From: Octopus sinensis | Taxonomy: Eukaryota | Reading direction: 5' to 3' | DNA length: 64,000 nucleotides | NCBI RefSeq assembly: GCF_006345805.1 | Contig: NC_043007.1 | Coordinates: 42,284,001-42,348,000, forward strand | Made by a program: the position numbers and the translations under genes | Notes under the pieces: generated by a model | The model's input: the letters and a program-made list of their open reading frames with translations, nothing else | Database searches by the model: none | What the model was told of the DNA's origin: nothing | Shown: piece after piece, positions 25,171 to 36,480 of the stretch | Layout: every line of letters begins with the position of its first letter | Numbering within the stretch: position 1 is the first letter of the stretch

Positions 25171-27251
25171 TCTTCATCTTATATCTCAACAAAAAATAAT
25201 TTCAAATGTGACATTCCTCAACAAAAGATAGATTGTGCCCTCTGAAGTTAATGGTAATGAAAATTTTAGTGGATATATCTGATTTCTGCAGTAAAAGGAT
25301 TAAGCAATTTTATCTTAAACCAAAACCTTGTTTAGACTAAACTCATCTATATTTCCCTATTAATCACTACTGTATTGTTTTGTTTTTTATTACATACAGA
25401 AGCCAGGACTTTTTTTTTACCTTAATGAGTATGTCATGAGTGTATATGATAAAATTACAAATATAGAATTAAACATAAAAATGATTCCAAATGATAGATA
25501 GCAATATTTATCACTATTTTTTTGTGGTGTCTCATTGAATCCTAGGGTTCCTAGAACCTTAATTGGAACTTTAATTGGAGTCTTAATTGGAAATGCTGCT
25601 TCAATCAGAATAAACTTCAGATAGAATAGAATGACACAGTTTCATTTTCTTTTCCTTCATTAGATTATGTCCTCTGCCTCTGTCAAAAATCAATAAGCTA
25701 TCATGGTGTCATAACTTGGAAACATAATGTTCTGTTGATCCAGTATTGCTGTACTTAGTACTTTTAAATGAAGGATTAAGTGGTGCAACTGTTGCGCATG
25801 TTCTGTTTGATATGTTTATTGCATGCAACACGTTGTATTCAGTTGAGTTTTTATTTTTCTTTGCTTGTGAATGACATGCTAACTATAGTACACTTTGTGT
25901 AGGTAGTGCTATGTTTGTACTGGATGATGAATGAAGCAATTATTGCAAATGTCAACTTTCAGTTAAATACTACACACAGAGCAATTGACATGTCGAAATG
26001 TGTAGAGTGCACCCAAATGTCACTACCATGTATAATATTTTCTGTTCTTCTTTCTTACTCTCTCTTCCTCTCTCCCTCCTCTTCCTCTCTCTGATACAAC
26101 AAATGCTTGTCTAGGCAATTATGAACCAACCCATTTTGAAGCTAGGCTGACACTTCTACATTTTTTTTTTATCCCCCAATGCTTACTGATTGGTGTACTG
26201 TTTACTGGTACAGATTACAGGAAGCACCACCTTTATTATTTTTTTTTTTCAGCTAATGTCTCTCATTTCATACCTGCAGAGGACAGACAGTTTACTCACT
26301 TTTAAATCAAGGCATTATAAAGAGTAGTTGAGCTTTTTAGCCAAGGTGTCAACACTTGGCTTGCTCTCACTGCTTAAGTGGGTTTTTCTTTCTTTGGATT
26401 TCTTAGCTAACAATCTATCCAACTACGTCTCTATATATTTCTGAATGTAATAGATATAGATATATATATATAGGTATGTATGTATGTGTATGTATGTAAG
26501 TATAGTTTACTATATTAAGCTCATTTCTATTTCTCTGTGTATATCAATCAATATTTTAGTCAATTAATCAATCAACATTATAGTTTCCACCCTTTCATCT
26601 TTATATTTCTAACAAGTTGTCTGCCAAAAGTGTTTCGCCAGTTTTCAATGTAATCAAGGTTTTGGACGGATTTAGTAAATTCTCTCTTTCTCCTCCCCTA
26701 CCTCAACAGTATTTATAGCTTTATCTACTTTAAGTTCCATCATTAAAACTGACTTATTTCATGTCTTTCGATGTTTCTAAATTCTTATGATATATTTCTA
26801 TATAATTAGGTTGGTGTCAGCTTGCTGAAGTCTTAGGCTATCATTCACATTGCACTTTGCTTGGTTTAAAACCTCTTTGGTAAGGCCATACTGGAGCCCC
26901 ATATAGGCGTTTCAATTGGGATTTTTAAATTCGTACATTGGTTCAGGTGATCTTGGTCAGTTTCATATTCATTGACGTTTGGTGTGATATACGGAGGAGA
27001 AATATAAACTGTTATTTTGCAGGAACCCATCTATTTATCCGTGTGTGTGTGTGTTGTTTGTTTGATGGTGATAATAAATTGAGTTGCACTTGTTCGACAA
27101 GTGATATGACCTGAATGTTGGAATTATAACAATTGCTTTGCAGTAGATTCAGCTTTTAAACACACATACACAATTATATCCACTTTTACTTTGTTGTTAT
27201 TTTATGATAATCATCTATATTTATGAGGCATGATACATCTGTGACATAACT

Positions 27252-28118
27252 TGGCAATGGGCTGGACAATCATTAGAGCACCAGAAGAAATGCTTTGCAA
27301 AATTTCTTCCAACTCATTACGTTCTATATTCAAATTCCACCGAGGTCAACTTTGTCTTTCATCCTTTTGGTGGTTGATAAAATAAATACTAGTCAAGCAC
27401 TGGTGTCAGTGTAATTGACTAATACACTCCCCGCAAATTGCAAGCCTTATGCCAAAATGATTATTATTTAGAGCAATGAGCTAGCAGAATCATTAGCATG
27501 TCAGACAAAATTCTTAGTGTCATTTCTTCTGGCCTTATGTTCTGAGTTCAAATTCCACTGAGGTTGATTTTGCTTTTCATCCTTGCGGGGTCAATGAAGT
27601 AAAATACCAACGAAGTACTTGGGTCAGCGAAGACTTACTCACTCCCCAAAGATTGCTGGTTTTGTGTCAAAATTTGAAATAATTATTAAGATAGGGAGCT
27701 GACAGTATTGTTAGTGTTGGACAAAATACACTGTAGCATTTCTTTTGGCTCTCTACATTCAGAGTTCATATCTTACCAAGATCAAATTTGACTTCCATCC
27801 TTTTGAGGATTGGTAAAGTACCAGTCAGTTACTAAAGTTGATAGTTTAACTAACCCTCTCCCCTTAAAATTGCTGGCCTTCTACCAAAATTAGAAAAAAA
27901 TTATTATTAGTGTGGATCTGGTAGAATCATCAGTGCAGCTCCGAAAGTGCTTATTGGCATTTCCTCCAGCTCTGAGATTAAATTCTGCTGAGGTTGATTT
28001 TGTCTTTCATCCTTTCAGGGTTGCTAAAATAAGTGCCATTTGAGTACTGGGGGTGATGTAAATGACTTAGAGCCCTCTCACTATAATTGCTGTCTTTGTG
28101 CCAAAATTGGAAACAATT
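27252..28118 (+). mobile_element. Array of four head-to-tail ~220-bp SINE monomers with ATT linkers
   Basis: Each monomer has gct(g)gcagaatcattag...ctgagttcaaattc...tttcatcctt...gtacca...aattgctgg...ccaaaatt, joined by attattatt. Confidence 0.85.
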
Positions 28119-28323
28119 TTTATGACATATGTGCACGCACGCACACACAATTTCAGCTATTTCCTCTGGCCATGTAACATTACTGGCACATGATCTCTCA
28201 TTTCCTTCTCTTGAGAATGTGTCATCTGTAAATATATCATAGTGTGATATAATAAAAAAAGGTCAAAATATCACTAGCATTTACTTTCAATTCAAGAGAA
28301 CACCACACACATTTTGACCATAC

Positions 28324-28418
28324 TATAACTTCATCATTTTGGTCTTTCATTTGCTTGATACTGACAGGAGTCACATACTCCTCCTTCAGATTGTGATTTC
28401 TTGTTGAGACAATGTTCC
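28324..28418 (-). CDS. Weak candidate exon of the minus-strand gene
   Basis: Acceptor tgtttgtcttttatacttctataag|, donor |gtatgg, 95 nt open: NIVSTRNHNLKEEYVTPVSIKQMKDQNDEVI. AAG acceptor, no homology recognised. Confidence 0.22.
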
Positions 28419-28789
28419 CTTATAGAAGTATAAAAGACAAACATGAAGCAGATAATGTAGCAATACAAGTTATCAGCTTTTTGAAGCTTACACCAGTTAC
28501 ATCCCAGTCTCAGCTACGATGGCTTTTGAGGCCTATGCCTTTAACAAGGCATAGGCCTCAGGTTTGCTTATTCTAGTCATGTTCACAGCATGAAAGAGTG
28601 TTACTATTGAAAGTGCTTTATTAAAAATAACAATCCATTTCACATTGTCTTTTGGTAATTCCTTGAAGGCAATGAATAATCCTTAATAAATTACACTTGG
28701 CAACCTTATTCTTAAAAAGCATAAAAGAAAAGAAAAACATGTAAAATTGTCTTACACATTTGTCATTATTACAAAGTTTGTTACATAAA

Positions 28790-28890
28790 TATGCATATCT
28801 CCAAAGTTCTTGGTCACTTGTCATTGCTTCCAACGCTCGAAGGTCATGCTTCACCACCTCATCCCAGGTCTTCCTTTGTCTACTTCTTCC
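28790..28890 (-). mobile_element. RTE LINE 3' ORF fragment
   Basis: Minus peptide TWDEVVKHDLRALEAMTSDQELWRYA matches the RTE reverse-transcriptase C-terminus. Confidence 0.75.
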
Positions 28891-28974
28891 ACAGGTTCCC
28901 TCTACTGCTATACATATCTATCTATCTATCTATCTATCTATCCACACACAAACACACACAAATATACAAATGTA

Positions 28975-29275
28975 GTGAGAAAAGTTGGGCATAAGAGGAA
29001 TCAAATGTAGTATGCAAGAGAGAAGACTACATTGGTTTGCACATGTGATGCATATGAATGAGGACAGCTGCATAAAGATGGGCTGAAGACTGAAAGTGGA
29101 CAGTAACTGCAGAAGTGGGAGACCCAGGAGGACATGGGATGAAGGACCAGTCTCAGGATGTTGTCAGGAAGAAAATGACAGTGGACTGAGATGTCTAGTG
29201 ATATGAAGTTCTTGAGAAGACCTGTGCAAAACTGAGTTCTAGAAGGGCTATGTGTCCCACCACACTTAACAAGAA
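28975..29275 (+). mobile_element. RTE LINE 3' ORF fragment
   Basis: Peptide EKLGIRGIKCSMQERRLHWFAHVMHMNEDSCIK...GRPRRTWDE resembles the RTE RLRWYGHV...GRPRKTW tail. Confidence 0.8.
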
Positions 29276-30074
29276 AACTTCTCACACACCCTAGTTCTCT
29301 TTTCTTCCTTACATTTCTACTTCATGCATTATGCTTACCTCTCACTTCCCAATCCTGCCCTCTTGTCCCTGTCTCACTGTATCATTGGTATCTGCTACCC
29401 TCCCCATCCCCCAACCTATGTGTTCCACCCCCACTTAACAGGAAAACTTTTCACACACCCAACCTGCAACAAACCAATCTACATCTCTACTTTTCCTCAC
29501 ATTTCCTCCATCATACACTATGCCTACCTCTCACTCCCCGATCCTGTCCTCACGGGGGGGGGGGGCTGTTTCTCTATATTATTGTTATCTGGTAACCCCC
29601 CCCCACACACACACACACTATATATACCCAGGTTTTCACCCCCCCCCCGCTCTATACCTAGGTGTTCACCACTCCCCCACCCCTTCACTCTCTAATCACG
29701 CTTCTTTCACAATATCTTGCCACTTATATTATGACCTTCGAACCTCAAAGGTATTCCCAGGCACTTGCCACCATCTATATCTCTCTTCCTTTACTCAACC
29801 ATTCCATTTATATTCTCATACCCGTCCCTTTTGAGTATGCCCAGTACTTTGCCACCCTCTCTATCCTGCTGTCTCCCACTCTCTCTCTCCTTCTGCCTCA
29901 GTTTGGGTAACCATGTATCTCCTTTGTGGCAACATACCTATTTCTGTCTTCAATTTTGACCTCATTCTCTGGCCATTTCAGTCTCTCTGTCTCACTATAA
30001 CCTTTCATCATTTGACACAAGATCAATTCCTCCAATGCCCCTCTCCCTTCTCAAAAGATTTTTGTCTTACATGT

Positions 30075-30375
30075 TACTTGGTGACCTGTCAGTGCAGGTG
30101 CCACTTAAAAAGCACCCAGTCCACATGGTAAAGTGGTTGGCATTTGAAAAGACATTCAGCTGTAAAAACCTCGCCAAAACTGACCTCACCTGTGCCACGT
30201 AAAAAGCACTAAGTCCACTCTGCTGAGTAGTTGGTGTTAGGAAGGGCATCCAGCTGCAAAAACTGCCAAAATGGTCACAGAAGTCTGGTGCAGGCTTCTG
30301 CCTGACCATCTCCTGTCAAACTGTCCCACCCATACCAGCATGAAAGGTGGACATTAAATAATGATGATGATGATG
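30075..30375 (+). mobile_element. RTE-type 3' UTR/SINE with internal tandem duplication and (GAT)n tail
   Basis: Two copies of gtgccac(g/t)taaaaagcac...ttgg...gaa(g)ggcat(c)cagctg, ending ggacattaaataatgatgatgatgatg. Confidence 0.8.
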
Positions 30376-30447
30376 TTATATATATGTATATATATGTAAT
30401 GTGTGTATGTATTTGCATTTAAATATGAATTTGTGATGTATGTATGT

Positions 30448-31440
30448 TCATCTTATAAGTATCTTTTCTAGAATGAGAGAACTGCTTTCTAACAAAGAAA
30501 CAAACTTTCCATCATTGGAGTTTGGATCACAACAATGATAATTGTTACATATGAACTTTAAGAAAGTTTTGCATATTTTTACTGTTTCTCTTAGGCATTT
30601 ACTAACATAACCACTTGTACTAGTGATTATTAGAATGAATGTAAATTTATAGTCATGGTAGGAGTTGCAGGTTTCAAAGTAGTTGTCCATAGTTATTCTT
30701 CTACTTGCCGATTTTGGAAGAGATGTTCACATTTGCAGGACAGCTAACTTCTATGGCTACATGGCCTTTCTTTTCTGTCCCAAATGACTATATATATAGG
30801 GTCTATTATGTTTACATTTGGTAGAAACTTTGATAGGAATGTGGCACCAATAATCTTTGTGCTGTTATTTATGTATTCCATAGCAAAGATCTATTAAATA
30901 CTTATCATTGGACAGTCTTTTTTCTATGGATGGTATTATTTATTGTTTTAGCAACATCATGTCATAGGTAGTATCCTGACTTTTTTGGACAGCTGCTGAT
31001 TCCATGTGCTGTGTCCTCTACAGAAGAGTGACATAATTGATACTTGCAGTTGCATCTTGAGATTTTAAGACTCTACTGTCCCATTTGTTCATGAGATATT
31101 TTCGAATTACCTCTTGCACTTGCATTGCAAGAGAATAACCTTATAGATTTGATGTGATGTAATGGTCACAAGTCCAGGAGAGGTTATACTTCGTTTTCAC
31201 ATTAATATTGTCATCCTTTCCTAGTTTACAGGAAACAAATCCATACATAACCTTTTTGTGGTATGCAAAGTATTTTTTTTCTAGATCTTTGCTGAGATAT
31301 GCAAACCCTACACTTCTGGATTCATACAAGACGTCTGTGCACTTAATTTTTCAGTATTTTATTGATGTATCTATTTTTGCTGCCTCTTGTTTTATAATGG
31401 TGTTACCTAAACAATATTGTACTACACTTGAAGGCTGCCT
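30448..31440 (-). mobile_element. 5'-truncated, degenerate non-LTR retrotransposon with restriction-like endonuclease (R4/Dong-like)
   Basis: Minus strand with frameshifts: GYSLAMQVQEVIRKYL; zinc knuckle CKYQLCHSSVEDTAHGISSCP...*HDVAKT; KCKHNRP/IVIWDRKE/IEVSCPANVNISSKIGK*KNNYGQLL; YKFTFILII...GYV. This is the CCHC + RHD + PD..(E/D) layout of RLE elements. Confidence 0.85.
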
Positions 31441-31599
31441 TTGCAGATCTTAAGTTTCTTCCTCCTACTTTCCTTCAGAGATGTGCGCGTGTGATTGTAT
31501 GTATATATGAATAAATAAATTCAATGATTTTGGTTAAATTCGTATGCTGTGAGGGGAAAGTAGGATCTAATGTTTTAGGTGTTTAAACTTCTGTTTCTA

Positions 31600-32540
31600 T
31601 AATTTTTTTGCTGATGTAGTTCGTTACTGGTTTTCTTATGCTTGTGCCCGCGCGATTATGCGATCGACGAGCAAAATGATAATGCAAGGTTCCGAAAAGG
31701 TTCTTACACCCCAGATACTCCTTTGTCACCTACCCCCACTGTCGTAAATGCAGACAACCAATGATTCGTCTGTTTGAAATGTATGACAGACGACGACAAC
31801 ATTGTTCACTAATATATTACGATATGAAATAAAATTTTCATATTCGGCTTCTCATCTTTTAATTAGAATTGAGTTGGTTATTCCTAGGTCGAACCTGACC
31901 AATGAAGGCTTTAGATGGATGACACTTTAGTGGTTACGGTCTTTTATTGAAATATAGTTTGAGCTCAATTATCCTATGTGTCTTTTTTTGCATAAGAAAA
32001 TCGTGTTCGATTTGGGTAAAGAATTTAGATCCTATTTATGTCTTCCCGGGTGAACCACCGCATACAGATCTATGCAATTGCATACCCGCAAGGTCTTGTA
32101 GCAAGCGATGCAAGGGAAGTAACTCTAACAAAAATATAAAATATACATATGTATTATTACCTGCCCTTGACAAAGAAGTTCTGTTTTTATTTCGACGGTT
32201 TAAACCAGTTTGTTTTCGTTTTATGACCGGGATACAAAACCCGTTTAAATGGTTACTCGTTGCAATGATCTCTTTTCAAGTTATGAAAAGTATTTTTATT
32301 ATTTTTCGATTGACTTTTAGTTGCTAACCCTGACCCTTGTACATATTTCATTATTATTATTATTATTCCAAGATAAATGGTTCTTAAAAAAAAAATAAAT
32401 AAATAAAATAAAAGCTGGCAGAAAATTTTCTTTTATTTTATTTTTTCGAATTTTCAGAAAATTTTGCGAATTTGTGTTCTGTATACGGGTAAATCATACG
32501 ATTATGAAAAAAAAAAATTCTTAAGCCCCCTCGCCCTTAT
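31600..32540. promoter_or_regulatory. CpG-retaining, promoter-like island
   Basis: About 35 CpG counted by eye in ~0.9 kb versus strong depletion elsewhere. CCAAT motifs near 31758 and 31889; 14-bp palindrome TATGCAATTGCATA at 32071-32084. Direction unresolved. Confidence 0.6.
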
Positions 32541-33770
32541 AAATCCTTAAAATCCCATTCTTTTTGGAATTTGTTCTTTTTTTTTAATTTAAAATTAGAG
32601 TTTAAAATTTGGACTGTCTGAATATTTTTTACTTAAATTCTGCAATGGACCACCCTTGCATGTATTATCCATTCCACAAAATGTGTTTATAGGGAGAAAA
32701 ATATTGGAAAACATCAATATATGTCAGAGTGAGGAAGAAACGAGGAAGGTATTCGGTAGTCGTGAGATGTGTTAAAAATAACAGCTAAATCGCTCAGAAT
32801 TCCGCCCAAAAAAACTTATACTGACTCTTGTTGATGCTCAATAGAGTTCTAGAATTTCATGCATCAATTTTTCTTTGTGTGTGTGTGGGGGGGCACATTA
32901 GACTCCCTATTATGTGACCTAGTAGAGTTCTGAATCTTTATGTTCTGAGTTCAAACTTTATAATAATAATCAGGATTTTTCACACTGACAAATTTACAAA
33001 CTTGTTTGGGATGCATGTAGTCCATTCAATGAAGTGTTTCATTTTATTAAATCAGAAGATGAAGTGCAAAGTTATCCCTCAGTCCAATTTGAATTCAGTC
33101 TTTTGGAAGTGAACACGTCAGATTTTCCACTCATGTCATAATAACAATAGACATAGCATTACAAATTACTATAAATTTATCTAAAGTTGAATAGCTAAGA
33201 TATTACATTGACTTAGCTAATAAATTCATGATTGTGGTAGTCAAGGAATGTATCCATCATCTTACTTTGTAATTGGTACAACTGAAACGTGACTTCTGAG
33301 ACCAGCACTAAACATCAAAAGGCAGTCCCATACAACTAACTAGGTTCTTTGTGGTGGAGGTAACTCTCAGAGATTACCATAAAGGAAAGATGACTGAGAT
33401 TCTGCAGCCAGTGCTTTTGTAGCAAGAATGTAGTAGTGAGTCAAATGCTGATATGAAACATAGAAAGGGACATAAGAATTAGGGAATTTATCAACCAACT
33501 GGTTGCAGACTCTGTTGAAGAGTGATGCAGATGAAGTGTGATGTGGGAGGAGAGTTAAGGGGACAAGTGGTTGATGGTGTTCATCTGTGGATGACGTGAT
33601 GATGATGATGATGATGAAATATGACAGAACTTTTCATAAAGACAAGAACATATACTTATAGAAATAGACTTTGGTAGGTTCAAGAAAATAGCAATACAAA
33701 AGTGTTAGAAACTTATATTATACGACATTTGTTGACTCTGAATAACTTAATGCCAATATATGTATGTTTT

Positions 33771-34572
33771 CTGACCAATAGGTACTTGGACTGTCACCAT
33801 AGTAACAAAGCGAAAGCATGCAGAGTGAAATTGCTTGGCATAAATTGACCTCTTGAACTCTGCTGTGCATACACACTAAGTTTTAACATTCTAGCTCACT
33901 TCCACTGTTTACAACAGTTCTTGGAAGGAGATGAAGTTGAGCAGAGAATCTGCATCAAATTTTGCCAAAAGCTTGGCAGTACCTTCTCAAAGGTCTACGC
34001 AAAGTTTACAAAAAGTTTTCATTGTTCTTGACGCAATCAAGGAGATCTTGTGCAACTGAAACCTGAGTTTTTTTTTTTATTTTTATTTATTTGATAAGCT
34101 GAAAGCAGTTTTGGCACAAACTTAGCAGCTATGCGTCTCATACTGAAATCTTTAGTGATAATAGACTGAACTGAACCGTAACTAATCTGCACATCTGATA
34201 ACTTATAGCTGCACACACATCTGTGATGTTTTTCTTAGTTCTGCTGGTTGCGGGTCTCCCAGAATGTTTGTCAATACTGACATTTCTTTAGCTATCTTGG
34301 AAACATTTGAACCATTCATACACTTGTGTGCAGCTCATACACTCCTTTCCATACACTTTCTGCAATTTTGTGTGGGTCTCTGAGCAGGTATCACCATGAC
34401 AACTTTCTCTGTCGTGGTCAATGTGATGATCACATGCTACACGTGTTCATTCCAAGCACTGCTGTAGACAGCGGGTGCACAGCAGAGTTCAAGGTCAATC
34501 TGTGCCAAGCAGCTTCACTCTGTGTGCCTTAGCATCATTACTAAGGCAACAGTCTGGATACTTATTGGTCAT
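33771..34572. mobile_element. Two mariner 5' halves in inverted (tail-to-tail) arrangement
   Basis: Both ends begin tgaccaata(g/a)gta. + arm encodes EQRICIKFCQKLG; - arm encodes GDTCSETHTKLQKVYGKECMSCTQVYEWFKCF...SGRP...MRRIAAKFVPKLL. Confidence 0.8.
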
Positions 34573-34837
34573 ACTTTGTATATAATTATTTACCTTTTCT
34601 TTTGCATTCTTTCTTTTTCAAAGGGGCTCACTTTTCAGAATGAGTGTGTGTATATGTTAATGAACAAGTGTGTGTGTGTGTGCATGCACACGCGCAGTAG
34701 TATAGGACACTACAGATAGATAATATTGATGTGATAGCTGTGTATTCCATCCAGTATGTCAGTATGGTGGAGATTTTGGTTCTGCTATTACCGTACTTAA
34801 TCCATTGCTAGCATGGTAGAGATTAGCAATCGATTAA

Positions 34838-35056
34838 CCCTTTAGTATTTAAACTGGCCATATCCAGTCAAAATAGTTAATCTGTTTTATGTTCAAACTG
34901 ACCAGATCCAGGCTCTCACACCTACCCTACAATGTTATTCTACATTAAGTAATTATACTATCAAGATCTTGAAGATAAGAGATAATGCATGATTAATTCA
35001 AATCAATGGGAATCAATAGGTATTATGTTTGATAGAATAATCTGAACACTAAAGGG
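34838..35056 (+). mobile_element. TTAA-flanked piggyBac-like MITE, family A
   Basis: TTAA at 34834-34837 and 35057-35060; TIR ccctttag ... ctaaaggg. Confidence 0.88.
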
Positions 35057-35234
35057 TTAAATCAATCCTGATACTTGACTGGTACTTTATTTTATCAACT
35101 TGAGAAGGATAGAATTTAAAGAACTATGAGAAATACAGCAAGGCATTTCATCAGATGCTCTGGCAAATCTGTCGATCAACTACTCTCTCTTGATTTAGCT
35201 GAAAGCATGGCTAAATAAATTAATAACAATAAAA

Positions 35235-35895
35235 AGTTCAAATTTTGGCACAAGACTGGTAATTTCGGGGAAGGGAATAAGTTGATATCGTTGATCCCAG
35301 TCCTCAACTGGTACCTATTTTATCAACCATGAAAGGATGAAAGACAAAGTTGACCTCAGTAGAATTTGAACTCAGAATGTAAAGACGGGCAAAAAGCAGC
35401 TATTTAACCTTTCCCTGGAAATTGCTGGCCTTGTGTCAAAATTTGAAATAATAATAATAATAATTTTATTATTATTATTAGTTGGTAGAATTTACCAATG
35501 AGTCAAACAAAATGTTTAGTGGCTTTTAGTTCTGAGTTCAAATTCTGCTGAGGTCAACTTTGCCTTTCATCTTTCTTGGGGTCAATAAAATAGGTACCAG
35601 TTGAGCACTGGAATCAATGTAATAGACTTACCCCTCCCCAAAATGTCAGGCCTTGTGCCTATAGTGGAAAGGATTATTATTATTATTCAGTAGAATCATT
35701 AGCATGTTAGCCAAAATGCCTAGTGCCATTTTTTTCCCCCTGCTTTATATTCTGAGTTCATATACTGCTAAGTTTGACTTGGCGATTTTAGATTTTCAGA
35801 ATCAATAATATATGTACCAGTTGATCACTGGTGGGGTCAGCATAATGAACTTACCCACTGCCTCCAAAATTGCTGGCTTTGTAACAAACTAGAAA
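35235..35895. mobile_element. Cluster of ATT-linked SINE monomers: one minus copy followed by plus copies
   Basis: Same monomer as 27252-28118: minus ~35235-35400; plus ~35480-35690 and ~35690-35895. Confidence 0.8.
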
Positions 35896-36443
35896 AAGTT
35901 GTGTGTTACTAATTATTTCTTTCTCTCTCTCAGAAGTCAGTGTTAGCATGTTGCCTTTCTCTTTTTTCTCCTTCTTTCCTTGTGAATGTTGTTATGACAG
36001 TAATTGTTTTTCCTTCACCCAGCTCTATTTCACTGAATGAAGAGACAAAAATGTTGTACTTCACAACAAGCAACAGCTCTGGTCTGCTGTTTGGAAATAA
36101 CTCTGTGCATATACACACAAGTGTGTGTGTCTCTGTGTATGTATATGTTCACTTGCATTAGTTGCACTTAAAGTTGCAACTTTTGAGAAGAATGTTTACA
36201 TGGGTTTGCTCCAACACATTCATTAGCAAACAAAAGCTCACACATGCAGCTATTCATTCATATATATATATATATATATATAGATAGATAAAACACAAAA
36301 ATTTTGCATGCATATATGCATATATAAATACACACAGATATTTGTCTGAAATAGCTGCACTTTGAGGTGGAATGTGTGTTTTGCTGTCTACAGACTTACT
36401 TCAAACTTTTTTCTTATATTACTCATTTATATACATAAATACT

Positions 36444-36480
<37 letters not shown>

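Noticed and set aside
25664-25727. Acceptor followed by (R)LCPLPLSK resembles PACS RLCSLTL
   Set aside because: In-frame stop after 20 codons, no donor, and the rest does not align.
27252-28118. CRISPR-like or other repeat-spacer array
   Set aside because: Units are ~220-bp diverged SINE monomers without unique spacers; eukaryotic context and no cas genes.
31947-32327. 126-aa + strand ORF in the CpG island
   Set aside because: Starts at TTG, crosses low-complexity AT sequence, no recognisable domain.
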